A stretch of 64,000 bases of DNA, taken from Cyanophyceae cyanobacterium. GTDB taxonomy: Bacteria; Cyanobacteriota; Cyanobacteriia; Cyanobacteriales; Laspinemataceae. The notes beneath the pieces are model-generated. The model had not been told where the DNA came from. It saw nothing but the letters and a program-made list of their open reading frames with translations, and made no database searches. Of the stretch, positions 49,926 to 60,969 are shown one piece after another. Position 1 is the first letter of the stretch. Each line of letters opens with the position of its first letter. The position numbers and the translations under genes are program-made. The stretch lies in NCBI GenBank assembly GCA_038321985.1, contig JBBQFN010000028.1, positions 8,701 through 72,700 on the forward strand, written 5' to 3'.

Positions 49926-51305
49926 TTAAATGTTTTTTCGACGGGATATAGAATTAATCATTAAATGCCCCCCTAGTAAAAAAAGATTAATAAAATTCGA
50001 GAAAAAACTAAAAGGTCCAGCAGCAGGCGTGAGTATGAGAGATATGGTAAGAATTGAAATTCCTGTAGATTTAATAATAGATCCACTTTTAGATATTCGG
50101 CCATAGATCCAACCAATAGCACAGCCTGTAATACCCGCTATGATAAGTGCGCCAACATAACCAAAGTCAAGAATCATATTACCTGGGCTACCATACCATC
50201 CAGTAAGCATAGTCAATGATTCTTTCTCGCCGATTTCTTGAACTTTGTAAAGGTTATTTCTTGCTAGTTCAGCTACCCCTACATCTAAATTTAATTGACT
50301 TAAAATTCTATGAATTGGAAAAAAATTTCTGAGACCCCAAGTAAATATACCTTTTTCTAAAACAATATTAGTGACTATTCCCCCATGAACAATAGTTGAT
50401 CCCGCATAAATAGAAATAAGTGATATTGTCGTAACAATTGATTCGGGCAACTTTTCCAGAATTATAAACCACGGCTTTCTCTCCAAACCAATTTGAGGAA
50501 AAAAACTTTCAATCACTACATATCCTGGTAAAGAGTTAGAACTACTACGAATATTAGTTATGGTTATAATTAGAGCGATTATTAATAAGGCAATTACTAT
50601 AATAATTTTCTTCGTTTTTTTGCTTTGTAAGCGTAAATTTACTGTATTTTGATATGTCATATTTTGATATGTTATATATATAGGAATTATAATAGGAATT
50701 ACACTTAGCACTAAGCGAGTTCTGGATGCCGTTAAAAATGAATAAATAAATGAACATAAAACTAAAACAAATATCCTTATGTAGTATTTTTTGGGTTGGA
50801 GAACTGCATGAGAAATTAGAACTGCAGTAGCTATCTGGATAAAGCTAGTAGTTATATTTATAATTATAAAATTGACAATATTAAATGAGCTACTAGCGGC
50901 ACTAACCTCATTTTGATAGTTTTCAGCAATTTGTTCTGGATTAAAACCTCCAGCCATCAGAGGTAACAGCAACAGAGCATAAAAGCCAATTAGTGTTAAG
51001 TACCAAATATAGGATTTTTTTTCAATTAAAAAATTGATGGATTTAGCTGATTTTTTTTTACCTTTGAAGGTACCTAATATAGTCCCTCCTACAAAAACAC
51101 AAGTAATTAACCCATAAATATAATAATAAGAAGACAAAAGGGGGTAATTATAGCGGTAAGGGCCAAAAGCAAAAATGAAAAATAGACCTCCATTGATGAA
51201 AAGATAGATAAACCCAGGGTGCAAAAATTCACCTTTGCTAGCCCATTTTCTGAAAGCAATTAACAGTAAACCTAGTAATATAGAAGCAGATAACTGTATA
51301 GCCAT
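49926..51305 (-). CDS. wzy: Wzy-type polysaccharide polymerase
   Basis: About 10-11 TM segments, ASRTRL, large loop ending in MILDFGYVG; located in a wzx/wza/wzc cluster. Confidence 0.7.
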   Translation of the reverse strand: MAIQLSASILLGLLLIAFRKWASKGEFLHPGFIYLFINGGLFFIFAFGPYRYNYPLLSSYYYIYGLITCVFVGGTILGTFKGKKKSAKSINFLIEKKSYIWYLTLIGFYALLLLPLMAGGFNPEQIAENYQNEVSAASSSFNIVNFIIINITTSFIQIATAVLISHAVLQPKKYYIRIFVLVLCSFIYSFLTASRTRLVLSVIPIIIPIYITYQNMTYQNTVNLRLQSKKTKKIIIVIALLIIALIITITNIRSSSNSLPGYVVIESFFPQIGLERKPWFIILEKLPESIVTTISLISIYAGSTIVHGGIVTNIVLEKGIFTWGLRNFFPIHRILSQLNLDVGVAELARNNLYKVQEIGEKESLTMLTGWYGSPGNMILDFGYVGALIIAGITGCAIGWIYGRISKSGSIIKSTGISILTISLILTPAAGPFSFFSNFINLFLLGGHLMINSISRRKNI

Positions 51306-51388
51306 TGTAAAAAATTAATTGTTGCCAGAACTCATTAAATAAAAATCCAAAAATATTTTGTCTGGCCTCGCCATTTTCAACATAATTT

Positions 51389-52501
51389 TCATAACAAGGA
51401 GGAGTAGATAGATGCCGTTTTATGTGCCGATTTATCCCAGGAAAACTGTTTGATTCTTTCTTTTGCCCGTCCTCTCAAAGTTTTTTGTCTATCTTCTGAA
51501 TACAAAACTCGTTCTAAAGCAGTACAAATGCTTTCCGGATAATAGGGGTCGAATAACTCAGCAGCGTTCCCAACTACTTCTGGAAGAGAACTATTATTGC
51601 TGCAAATAACTGGGCAATCAAATGACATAGCTTCTAGGGGGGGAATACCGAATCCTTCATAAAGTGAAGGATAGACAAAGGCTGATGCTTTGCTATAAAG
51701 ATAAGCCAAGATAGTATCATCTCCAGATATCTGGATAACTCTATCTTCTGACAAACCCAGATTTTTTATCATCTCTAACTCTTTTTTAGATAATTTTCCT
51801 CCACCAAAACACAATATATTAAAATCTTGTTTTAAATAAGATGAAATAGCATACGATTCGACTAAACGCTGAAAATTTTTATATTCTAATCGCTGGCCTA
51901 CATAAAGAATGTATGGTTGAGTAGTTAAGTTTATTTTTAGTGATAGAGGTTTTAGATTATTTGAGTCAATTGAAGATGCTAAATAGGTGACAGATATTTT
52001 CTTTGGATCTAGATTAGGATAACAATCTAATAAATCTTTTTTTGTATTTTCAGAAATACAAATGATATGGTCAGCTTGATTGACAGCCAGAGATTTGGCT
52101 TGACAAATTTCGTTTGTGTTAGAAAAAAAGTGGGGAAATTTTTCATAAATCATGTCATAAATTGTAATAATTATTTTTGAAGTTTTTTTTAAGACTTTTT
52201 TATTTGAATAATAAGTTTGATGAACAATTTGAGGATGATAATTTGTCCCACAAAATTTTGATAATTCATTATTAAAAAAAAGCCTAATCCTCCAAGTTCT
52301 CGGAATAGGGGGTAAGTGAAAACCAACAACTAAATTTTTAGGAGACTCTATCAAATATTGGTTAATATAAGCACCAGCAATAATTTTAACATCAAAGCCA
52401 TTAATTTTAGCAATTCGCGGAGCAAGTTCACAAAAATATCGAGATATTCCGCCATACTCCTGAAAATAAAAAATTTGGTAATCATAAGCTATCCGTAGCA
52501 T
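51389..52501 (-). CDS. GT4-family glycosyltransferase
   Basis: [47 protein letters not shown]. Confidence 0.92.
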   Translation of the reverse strand: MLRIAYDYQIFYFQEYGGISRYFCELAPRIAKINGFDVKIIAGAYINQYLIESPKNLVVGFHLPPIPRTWRIRLFFNNELSKFCGTNYHPQIVHQTYYSNKKVLKKTSKIIITIYDMIYEKFPHFFSNTNEICQAKSLAVNQADHIICISENTKKDLLDCYPNLDPKKISVTYLASSIDSNNLKPLSLKINLTTQPYILYVGQRLEYKNFQRLVESYAISSYLKQDFNILCFGGGKLSKKELEMIKNLGLSEDRVIQISGDDTILAYLYSKASAFVYPSLYEGFGIPPLEAMSFDCPVICSNNSSLPEVVGNAAELFDPYYPESICTALERVLYSEDRQKTLRGRAKERIKQFSWDKSAHKTASIYSSLL

Positions 52502-52646
52502 TTATCCTCCTTAGGTGATGTATTTATAGTGTTTCTCATATTTATGAAGGTATAGATTTTTTTTGGATGGCATCGCACGAATGCTATCTTTGGCTTTCTC
52601 CTCTCTCATAAATTTGAAAGTCTCAACATATTTTTTACTTACATAA

Positions 52647-53447
52647 TTACAATTTGGATTGTATAAGTTGCTGATAATCTAAACTGGTCTTCGATTTCAT
52701 ATTAATTTGAACATATTTATAAATAAAATCGGATAACCGACTATTTAATAACCTATTTAACACCATAAAAAATGTTGGATTAACCGTTTTATCGGTCAGA
52801 ATATGCAAGTTCTTGTATACATATAACTTAAGAGATAACTTATCGCCCAAATAATTAAGAGTTTTTTTCTGGTAAAAAGAAATATGCTGGCCTGTAGACA
52901 AAGAATAATACCACCAAGAATCAGGCTGTGGGGGATTGCCTTCAAATAATTGTGTTGAAAATATAAGGCTTGAGGTAGCAGATTGTGTTAGGGAATCTCT
53001 AATAAATTTAACTGGGTCATACACGTGTTCTAATACTTCAAAAGCAGTGATGGCCACCAAATGTTTTTGAGGTAAATATGCCGCTTCAAATCCTTTGGCA
53101 AAAATATTTTCACAATATAGGTCAGACCAGTAAAAATCAAAGCCTATATCTCTCATCAGTCGGGTAAACATTCCATATCCACCTGCTATGTCATGATATT
53201 TACCATTTTTAGTGAATAAAAAATATAGAATACAAGCTATCTTTTTAGATGTATCTATATTTCTTGAAACTAACCCTACATCACTATCAGCGATCGCACT
53301 GCTGTATGCTTCTTCCAACCAGTAGGGTTCTTCTGTTTGAAGTAAGCCACACTTACTACAGAGGAAATAATTAACCTTGTATTTCTGTAAAATTTTCGCC
53401 TGGAAGTATGTATGACGTTGATTAGAGCAAATAGGACAATTTGTCAT
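52647..53447 (-). CDS. class I SAM methyltransferase with N-terminal Cys pairs
   Basis: CPIC..CSKCG, DIAGGYG, AFEVLEH, WWYY..GQHISFY. Confidence 0.82.
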   Translation of the reverse strand: MTNCPICSNQRHTYFQAKILQKYKVNYFLCSKCGLLQTEEPYWLEEAYSSAIADSDVGLVSRNIDTSKKIACILYFLFTKNGKYHDIAGGYGMFTRLMRDIGFDFYWSDLYCENIFAKGFEAAYLPQKHLVAITAFEVLEHVYDPVKFIRDSLTQSATSSLIFSTQLFEGNPPQPDSWWYYSLSTGQHISFYQKKTLNYLGDKLSLKLYVYKNLHILTDKTVNPTFFMVLNRLLNSRLSDFIYKYVQINMKSKTSLDYQQLIQSKL

Positions 53448-54385
53448 AATACTATTAATATTTTGTTTAAGATTTTGGCTATTTTTCTCAGAAAACCTAG
53501 TATAATTCCTGACTGGCGTCTGAACACAGTTTGCTGAGTATAACCATCCGCAGCAATATCTTGAATCAATATAGGTGGATGATTTAAAGGAAATTCAATT
53601 GCTTGCACGGGTATATTCGCATATTTACTTTTTTTTTCTGTATTAGTAGCACCTTTACCAAACCCAATATTGGAAACTAAATTTACATTAGGAACAATAC
53701 TTAAGCCATTTTGAATCCAAGCAGCTAAAATCCATTGATAATCCCAGGTATCTATTGAGCTTTCGTAAATATTATTAAAAATTGTTGTCCAGTATTCAAC
53801 AGCATGACTATCTTTTAGAATACTCTTCAGTAATTGACCCTCTTTAAACTTGGGCCACTCCTTTATTGACACATCATAGTGTTGCCATGCTCGCTTCCAA
53901 GTTGCCCATCCCCAAATATGGATATAACGAGAGAAGTAATAGCTATAGTCTGTACGCTGGGACCCGAATTGGAAGTTGTCTCCAGAAATAGCCATAATCC
54001 GGTCGTCATGGCGATAATACTCAAGCAATTCTGCACAATAACGAAAAAAACTGACATCCGCTAGGCAATCATCTTCTAAAATAATCCCTTCTAATTCTTG
54101 GTCAAAAAACCAATCTATAGCAGAACTTACCGCAACTCGACACCCAAGATTTTTCTCCCGAAATAAAGTTTTTACTTCACATTTCCAGTCAATACGTTCC
54201 ATTACATAATCCCGCACTGCCTGAACTTTCTCGGCTTCCCCAGGGCTATCTGTGCGTGCTCCATCAGACGCCACATATAAACGGGGTGGCTGTACTTGAC
54301 GAATCTCCTCAAACACTTGCTTGGTAGTGTTTAGGCGGTTAAATATGAGGAATAGGACTGGGGTGTGTAGTTTAGAGTTGGTCAT
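53444..54385 (-). CDS. GT-A fold glycosyltransferase (HlpA-like)
   Basis: PVLFLIFNR, ASDGAR, NLGC..AV.SAIDWFF, ILEDD, WGWATW, WDYQW, NLVSNIGF. Confidence 0.88.
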   Translation of the reverse strand: MTNSKLHTPVLFLIFNRLNTTKQVFEEIRQVQPPRLYVASDGARTDSPGEAEKVQAVRDYVMERIDWKCEVKTLFREKNLGCRVAVSSAIDWFFDQELEGIILEDDCLADVSFFRYCAELLEYYRHDDRIMAISGDNFQFGSQRTDYSYYFSRYIHIWGWATWKRAWQHYDVSIKEWPKFKEGQLLKSILKDSHAVEYWTTIFNNIYESSIDTWDYQWILAAWIQNGLSIVPNVNLVSNIGFGKGATNTEKKSKYANIPVQAIEFPLNHPPILIQDIAADGYTQQTVFRRQSGIILGFLRKIAKILNKILIVL

Positions 54386-54467
54386 GCAACGATAAAAACG
54401 TAAGTGTTAGCCATTTAGAGTATTTATCCTTGAGGTTCCTTGGCATAGAGTCAATAATATGTAGAAA

Positions 54468-55286
54468 TTAAGTTCGTTTCACCGCTAGAATATTTTGGTA
54501 AGCATATATTTCACAGTATAAAGGTGAATAATTTTTGATTTTGAGAAGCCTCCCACCAGGTAAAAGCCTATAGAAGTCGAAACCCTGTAGTAGCTCCCAA
54601 AAGTCTTTAAAGAGGCTTCTACTAATGATATTCATACTGTTAAACTCAAACTGAATAACTGTTATTTGTCCATTTTGCAGGAGTTCCTGGGCGCCCATTA
54701 GACATTTAAGCTCATTTCCCTCCGTGTCTATTTTAAGCAAATCAATTCTCTTTATATTGTGTTCTGCACAAAAACGGTCAAGTTGGATTAAATCAACCGT
54801 ATAAGAGACTGATTTTTCGTGATGTATTTCCTCAATAACTTCCTGATAGACTGAAGCGTGGGAACTCCCATCCTGATTTTCATAATCATATAGCTGAATT
54901 TGCCCCGGCCGATCTCCCACAGCATTATTGAAGCATTGAAGGCGTTCATCATCCAAAGACTTCAGCTTCACAAAGTTTTTCGGGTGAGGCTCAAAAGCAT
55001 AAATTGTTGAACTTGGAAATAACTTTAAAATGTCATTTGAGTAGTCTCCTACATGTGCCCCAACGTCAAACACCACGGGAGATTTAAAATTTGATAAATA
55101 TTTTTTTAACCAATTTACTTCACCACTTAAATATTTTGTTTCATAGTTGAGTACACCTAGTCCCCTCAGAGATAATTGAAACAAGAACTTGTTGAGATTA
55201 ATAAACCACGGAGCCGAAAACAGGAAGGCATATACAGTATATAGAATCTTAACTAGTATTGAAAAAATTTGTGATGCCTTATTCAT
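54468..55286 (-). CDS. FkbM-family methyltransferase
   Basis: FDVGAHVG, AFEP, LKIDTEGNE, IQFEF. Confidence 0.9.
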   Translation of the reverse strand: MNKASQIFSILVKILYTVYAFLFSAPWFINLNKFLFQLSLRGLGVLNYETKYLSGEVNWLKKYLSNFKSPVVFDVGAHVGDYSNDILKLFPSSTIYAFEPHPKNFVKLKSLDDERLQCFNNAVGDRPGQIQLYDYENQDGSSHASVYQEVIEEIHHEKSVSYTVDLIQLDRFCAEHNIKRIDLLKIDTEGNELKCLMGAQELLQNGQITVIQFEFNSMNIISRSLFKDFWELLQGFDFYRLLPGGRLLKIKNYSPLYCEIYAYQNILAVKRT

Positions 55287-55298
55287 GTATTTTAGTAG

Positions 55299-55955
55299 TT
55301 AATTTGATGATTCTGCAACAACTGAGTCGCTAGGTTTTCTACATTCGACATACAAACTTGTATGATGCCTTTCTATTAAGTCTAGCTTGTCATCAAATTC
55401 TCTAGGTATACAGTGAATAAATCCAGCACTAGACAAGTGATAGATTAAACTGTCTCTATCAAACATATGCTTATGTTGACCATTCATGTAAAACAAATAG
55501 TTGAGAGCATCCATAGACTCTTCTGATATAAATGCTGGCTGATATTGGGTCAGGTTCAGTTTTCTAGAGTCTTTTTTATTGTTATAAATATCTATGTAGA
55601 TTTGTGCATCTGGAACACAGACTGACATAATCCCTCCAGGTTTCAAAATTCTATACAATTCTGCCAAAAGTCGTTGTAGTTCTTTAAAAGAAAAGTGTTC
55701 TAATACATGAGACGAATATATGGTTTCAAATTCATCATTCCTAAAAGGCAATTTTTTATTTAAATCCCAATATATATCGGCTCCCAAGCATTTATCTACT
55801 GTTAGCCAACCTGGCTTCCGTAAAGGACCTGATCCAATTTCAAGATTTTGGCCCTTAAAATTATTTGATTTGACTTTGAGCCATGAAATTGTCATCAAAA
55901 TGTCATCTAACACGAGTCGTATAAGATATTTGATATTAAAAAAATATTTTTTCAT
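55299..55955 (-). CDS. class I SAM methyltransferase
   Basis: LEIGSG, SSHVLEH, RILKPGG..VCVPD. Confidence 0.85.
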   Translation of the reverse strand: MKKYFFNIKYLIRLVLDDILMTISWLKVKSNNFKGQNLEIGSGPLRKPGWLTVDKCLGADIYWDLNKKLPFRNDEFETIYSSHVLEHFSFKELQRLLAELYRILKPGGIMSVCVPDAQIYIDIYNNKKDSRKLNLTQYQPAFISEESMDALNYLFYMNGQHKHMFDRDSLIYHLSSAGFIHCIPREFDDKLDLIERHHTSLYVECRKPSDSVVAESSN

Positions 55956-55980
55956 AAACTTTTAATAATAGAGGTTTTGC

Positions 55981-57306
55981 CTATTTTGATAAGAAGGTCA
56001 AGGATTTAATTTGTAAAAAAAATATACATCTAGTTTTAGGATAAATGGCATGAGCAAAAAATCCAGATACAGCATAAGAAACTACCGTAGCGATCGCTGC
56101 TCCAACTCCACTATAAGTAGGAATCAGTAAAAAGTTTAACACAATGTTGACAATCGCGCCCATCAAAGTCCTGCTAAATGAAAGGTGCGTTAATCCTTCC
56201 GCGATAAACCAAGATGATGTTCCAACACCCATAAACACAAAAAAAGCTGCCCAAATATGAATCGCAAGAATTGACCCTGCTGCCCCGTACTCATTTCCAA
56301 ATAAGATAGTAATTACTGTCCCAGATAAAAATGACATAGGCAAAGCAATGATGAGGGCCATGAAAGATAGCAGCCGCAGTAATTGCTCTATTCGTCGATA
56401 ATACAGATATTCACTTCCTTGTTTTTTAGCAGCATAGATTGCCGGATTAACCGAGGAAGCTATCGCTCCTGGGATGAAATACCAAACTTCAGAAATCCGA
56501 GTGGCAGAAGAATAAAGCCCCACCGCTTGAACCCCTATCATTTCACCCAGCATAATTTGGTCAATTTTTACATAAACCATAACCGCCAAACCAGATAAAA
56601 TTAAAGGCCAACTTTCTTGGAGCAGTGACTTTGCTAATGGCCAACTCCAGCGCCATAACCAGAGTGAATACCCCTGAATTTTATAAACAATTATTAATCC
56701 CACCGCACCCAGAACCGCCTCAGCTAATGTGACCCCAGCAAAAGCCAGTAAAGGGGCATGAATATTGATTAAAACTACCTTGCTTAGAGCAGTAACTATA
56801 AAAGCTATATTTTTAGCAATTACAGTAAACTTAGACTTAAGTTGAGACTGAAACCAAATATCAATAGTATCAAAAGATTGTATAATTCCGATGGATGCCA
56901 AAATAGATACTATGCTGATGGTCAACTGGTCATTATGACGGAGTAGAAAAATTGTAATAACTGACAACAACAAACTGAGAATTCCACCCAATAATTGTAG
57001 CCAGAAGGCTGTCCCTAAAATATCCTCTTTTTTTTCCGGTTCATGGACAACAGAGCGGATAACCAACGAGGGTAAGCCTAAACTAGAAAAAGTGCTCCAT
57101 AATCCAACAAAAGCAACCGCATAGTTAAAAATACCAAATTGTTCCACCCCCAAATAACGAGCCACCCAGACACTCACAAAAAGCCCAACACCCATCCGCA
57201 AAATACGGTCAGCAAAAAGCCACCCCGTATTAGTAATAATTCCACGTATTCGACCGCAACGTTTGCGAAATTCTTGAAGCTGGTGAATGCTGAACTTGTT
57301 TGGCAT
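55981..57306 (-). CDS. wzx: Wzx flippase
   Basis: NTGWLFADRILRMG..VARYLG.EQFG, KIDQIML..VGLYS.A.RISE, multiple TM segments. Confidence 0.9.
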   Translation of the reverse strand: MPNKFSIHQLQEFRKRCGRIRGIITNTGWLFADRILRMGVGLFVSVWVARYLGVEQFGIFNYAVAFVGLWSTFSSLGLPSLVIRSVVHEPEKKEDILGTAFWLQLLGGILSLLLSVITIFLLRHNDQLTISIVSILASIGIIQSFDTIDIWFQSQLKSKFTVIAKNIAFIVTALSKVVLINIHAPLLAFAGVTLAEAVLGAVGLIIVYKIQGYSLWLWRWSWPLAKSLLQESWPLILSGLAVMVYVKIDQIMLGEMIGVQAVGLYSSATRISEVWYFIPGAIASSVNPAIYAAKKQGSEYLYYRRIEQLLRLLSFMALIIALPMSFLSGTVITILFGNEYGAAGSILAIHIWAAFFVFMGVGTSSWFIAEGLTHLSFSRTLMGAIVNIVLNFLLIPTYSGVGAAIATVVSYAVSGFFAHAIYPKTRCIFFLQIKSLTFLSK

Positions 57307-57532
57307 TATGTCATATCTGCTCTGGGGTTTCTCTATTGTCTCGGCAAAGGCTGAGAAAAATGCTTTATGCCACTAACGGTGAACTGAATGCCTATTGACT
57401 CTCATCTACCTGTTAAGTTGCTTCAACTTAACCCTTAACATCAACTAATAACTTTATTGTAAGTTTTAGCACGCTCGCTTCTACCTAGATTCGACTGCTC
57501 CAGAGAAGGCAATTCACCCGCAAAATAGAAAA

Positions 57533-58200
57533 TTGCAAAGTATCCCACCGAGAATTATACACCATAACCTCATTGTGATACTTCTTCTTCGCCCCATGCC
57601 CACGCAACATCCGCCCTATTTCCCCCACTGGGTCATCATTAGTGGCTATCCTCCCCATAACGTCCCAAGTTTTTGGAAGGTAAGAAGGAATAATCCCCTA
57701 CATCTGGGATCGCCCCCGTAAATTTTCCTCCCAAAGATTCTAGAGCGGTTTCCTGGCCATGACCCTGACAAGACGAACAAGTTCCCCACTATCTTGCCCC
57801 AAAAGATTGAATCCTATCTTCAATCAGCTTATAACCCATATTCCTGCGCCAACTCCATCATCTGTCCCCTTGCCGCAGGTTGCCCATAGATGTAAACAGC
57901 CATAATTGCCTTAGTCCCAGGAGTAATTTTAGCCTTAATATCTATTGGAGTCAATCTCTGCAAAAACTGACTGGGACCCCCCTAGCTCATGGTTTCTCCC
58001 GTGGCAAAGAAAAACAACAGAGTGCTAATCACCTCTTCTTCTTCCCTAATTCCTAGCGACTGTCAACCAATCCCTAGGAAATCTGTGCCAGAATTTACAG
58101 TGATCGCCTGTTTAACATCCAAATACTTAGCCAGTTCCTGGTCAAACCGCTTCACCTCTGGCCCCATCATGAACTGACCCGCTTCTCAAATACGGTTATG
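57533..58200 (-). pseudogene. decayed DegT/DnrJ/EryC1/StrS sugar aminotransferase
   Basis: Fragments GQFMMGPEVKRFDQELAKYL..VNSGTD, KITPGTKAIMAVYIYGQPA, SFLPSKNLG, MLRGHGAKKKYHNE..YNSRWDTLQ, broken by stops and frameshifts; C-terminal third missing. Confidence 0.85.
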
Positions 58201-58207
58201 GCTGAGG

Positions 58208-58626
58208 CTAATCTGAGCATCTGGGGGCAGGGAAAACAGCTTCGAGAGAGGTTTTATAACGAGGGGATGCACTTTTTTGGTAAAAATTTGGTAGCTGAGG
58301 ACTCAAACTTGGGCTATCTTCAAGGCGATCGTGAATTGGGACGCGGAAATTAACGATTTCTGAAGCCCAGTAATTTCCCAATCTTAGTCTTTTCAGATTC
58401 CCCATAAGGCAACTTGAGCAGATGCTTTAGCAGACAGGTTAAAAAACTCTTAAGAGTGTGTTTGTCATTTTTCCCAATGCTGTCTACTTCTTTGAATAAA
58501 TTCTCCCAATCGCTGCAATCAAAGTTACAGTTTCGTAATTGTTAAATTGTATCTTGTATCCAACGGTTGTAGTCTTCTTTTTCTAGAGAGAAAGGATGTC
58601 AGAGGACGGTCTTGATGAAAATTCAT
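58208..58626 (-). pseudogene. DUF29 pseudogene
   Basis: EDYNRWIQDTI*QLRN..DWENLFKEVDSIGK, frameshift, HLLKL..NYWASEIVNFRV.I.DRLEDSPSL. Confidence 0.75.
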
Positions 58627-58840
58627 ACTCTTTTTATAAAAGTTAGCTCGCTTTTCCGTTGAGCATTAGAGAAACACCAATTGCAAACTGGGGTTATTAT
58701 TATCCACCGGGGTAAGTAAGCCATGGAGTCGAACTTCTTTTTCTTTACAACTAGGAAAGAGAAAAGCTGACGGTACTTTTATAGAGGCCAGAAAAGCAGA
58801 GGAATTACCCTACACTGTCAATACCCCCACCACCCACTCA

Positions 58841-59302
58841 TTAGTCTTCTGGATACCAGTTATTATCCAATAATTGATCGAAGGAATAGGGGCAGTTGTC
58901 CGGGATAGTATGCTGAGATAAGCCCGTTTTTTGCAGCGTGACTCTCAAAGCTGTCTGATAAATTGATTCTAAATCTTGATTTAATTTATTTTCCAAGGTG
59001 GTCGTTAACCCCTCAGATAAGTCTGCTCTAAAAGCTATAATTTCACCCTTCCAGTGGCGATAGTTTCTATCATATTCTTCTGTCCAATATTTCAAAAATA
59101 AAAGATGAATGATAATTTGTCTTAAAAGGCTTTTAACCTTATTAAAATCTCTTTTTCCCAAACTTTCCAATTCTTCGATTAAATTTTCTAAGTCCAAGTC
59201 TTTAAAACTATTTTTTTTTAAAATTTTAACGGTTTCTGACAACCAAAGATGCTCATCAATCTCATAAAGTTCTTTAAGAGTGGTTTTTGTGAACTTTGAC
59301 AT
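58841..59302 (-). CDS. DUF29 family protein
   Basis: LYEIDEHLW..LDLENLIEELESLG..IIHLL.L.YW..HWKGEI..FR..CPYSFDQLL. Confidence 0.9.
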   Translation of the reverse strand: MSKFTKTTLKELYEIDEHLWLSETVKILKKNSFKDLDLENLIEELESLGKRDFNKVKSLLRQIIIHLLFLKYWTEEYDRNYRHWKGEIIAFRADLSEGLTTTLENKLNQDLESIYQTALRVTLQKTGLSQHTIPDNCPYSFDQLLDNNWYPED

Positions 59303-59506
59303 ACCACCTCAAACTCTAGGGTTTAACTACGCTGTACTCGCCATCATTCTAACCTATAAGTGGCCTACCCATACCTCCAGGAAATATCAGTTGCCAATGG
59401 AATAGGGACAGTCGCCCTCGTGATGATTCCCAACTTGTTGTTAGAAACCCATTTGATTTGATAGGCAACCACTCCTATTTTTTGAACCGATTTACTGCGA
59501 TCGCCC

Positions 59507-60553
59507 TTACGGATACAGCAAAATCTTGTAAGTTTCCGCTGTCGGTTGAACGGCTTTGTCTACAGCAGCGGCTAACTCCTCCAGTGGATATTTATCACTG
59601 ACCAATTTATCCACATCAATCCGTTTATTAAATACAATATCCGCGGCTAAACCTTGAACTCGATAGCTAGAACTGTAGCTTCCCATCAAGTCAATTTCGC
59701 GGCGATATAAAATATTCGGATTAATCGCAATCTCCACTTCCTCGGGAAATTCGGCGAAAAATAGGATTTTCCCCCCTTTGCGGGTACAGTCGAGGGCTTG
59801 GAAAAAAGCTCTTTCGCTGGGAACTGCCAAAATACTGGTATCGACTCCCATTCCTCCTGTTAGTTTTTTGATGCGATCGCCTAAATCTGGGGTCCGTGCA
59901 TCAAAGGCAGCTTCTGCCCCTAATTCCAAGGCTTTCTCTAGGCGCGAGGGGAGCAAATCTGTGGCGATCGCCCTCGCGCCAAAATATTTCACCAGCATCA
60001 CAAACATCAGTCCGATGGGACCCGCACCCGTAATTAACACCGTCTGTCCTGGTTCCACTCGGGCCTTTTTCACAGCTTTTAAGCAGCAGTTTGTCGGTTC
60101 TACAAAGCTCGCTTGCTCAAATGTGACGGAATCGGGGATGGGAATCAGGCCCCCATTTCTAACTATATGTCCAGGAACTTTTACATATTCCGCAAATCCA
60201 CCGCCACTGGGAATAAATCCCGCAGTAGTGGTTATATTTTTATAAACCTCACACATGGAAAAGTTTTCATTCCGGCAGTAGGGGCAGTGCATACAGGGGA
60301 TATGGTGCATTACCACCACCCGCTGTCCCACTTGCCAACCTGTTACAGCATCTCCCATTGCAGAAATCGTCCCCGCCGTTTCATGTCCAAAAATTCGGGG
60401 GGGTTCATAGAGGGGATAGCGAATTTTTTTTATGTCCGATTGACATAGCCCCACTATCCGTACTTGTACCAATACCTCATCTGAGCTGAGTTCTGGCAGG
60501 GGGACCTCTTCATAACTGAGCTGATTGACCCCTCTAAAAACTTGTGCTTTCAT
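59507..60553 (-). CDS. zinc-dependent (MDR-family) dehydrogenase
   Basis: GLCQSD, GHE, structural Zn site CMHCPYC..C, GAGPIG. Confidence 0.92.
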   Translation of the reverse strand: MKAQVFRGVNQLSYEEVPLPELSSDEVLVQVRIVGLCQSDIKKIRYPLYEPPRIFGHETAGTISAMGDAVTGWQVGQRVVVMHHIPCMHCPYCRNENFSMCEVYKNITTTAGFIPSGGGFAEYVKVPGHIVRNGGLIPIPDSVTFEQASFVEPTNCCLKAVKKARVEPGQTVLITGAGPIGLMFVMLVKYFGARAIATDLLPSRLEKALELGAEAAFDARTPDLGDRIKKLTGGMGVDTSILAVPSERAFFQALDCTRKGGKILFFAEFPEEVEIAINPNILYRREIDLMGSYSSSYRVQGLAADIVFNKRIDVDKLVSDKYPLEELAAAVDKAVQPTAETYKILLYP

Positions 60554-60582
60554 ATTTGATTATTATAAAATTCTAAACTACC

Positions 60583-60969
60583 CTACCAGATTCGATTCAC
60601 GGGATAGGCATCGAAGATCACATCAATACTCAGAATTGGGTGCTGTTCTACAGTAGCTTGGGCGATTAAAATTCTATCAAAAGGGTCTTTGTGGGGAATC
60701 GGCAAATTCTCCAAGGCCCAAAGGTGGGTAACGTGGATCGGGATAAGTTGCAGATTATTGGTCTGTTGTTGATTTGCAATTAATTCCTGTAAGGGCAACT
60801 CTAGATTTAATTTCCCCAGTTGCAATTTGATTTGCATTTCCCAAACGCTGGCTACACTGAGAATCAATTCGTTGCTGGGGTCGGCTAATAAGCTCTTAAC
60901 CCGTTCAGAAAGCCGTTCACTGTCGCCTGTCCACCATAGGAAAGTGTGCGTATCAAGCAGTAATTTCAT
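60583..60969 (-). CDS. vapC: PIN-domain toxin (VapC family)
   Basis: MKLLLDTHTFLW, SVASVWEM.IK, HKDPFDRILIAQA, D; ATGA overlap with the antitoxin stop. Confidence 0.92.
   Translation of the reverse strand: MKLLLDTHTFLWWTGDSERLSERVKSLLADPSNELILSVASVWEMQIKLQLGKLNLELPLQELIANQQQTNNLQLIPIHVTHLWALENLPIPHKDPFDRILIAQATVEQHPILSIDVIFDAYPVNRIW

Noticed and set aside
57533..58177. Plus-strand ORFs 57533-57721 and 57989-58177
   Set aside because: Antisense shadows of the DegT pseudogene.
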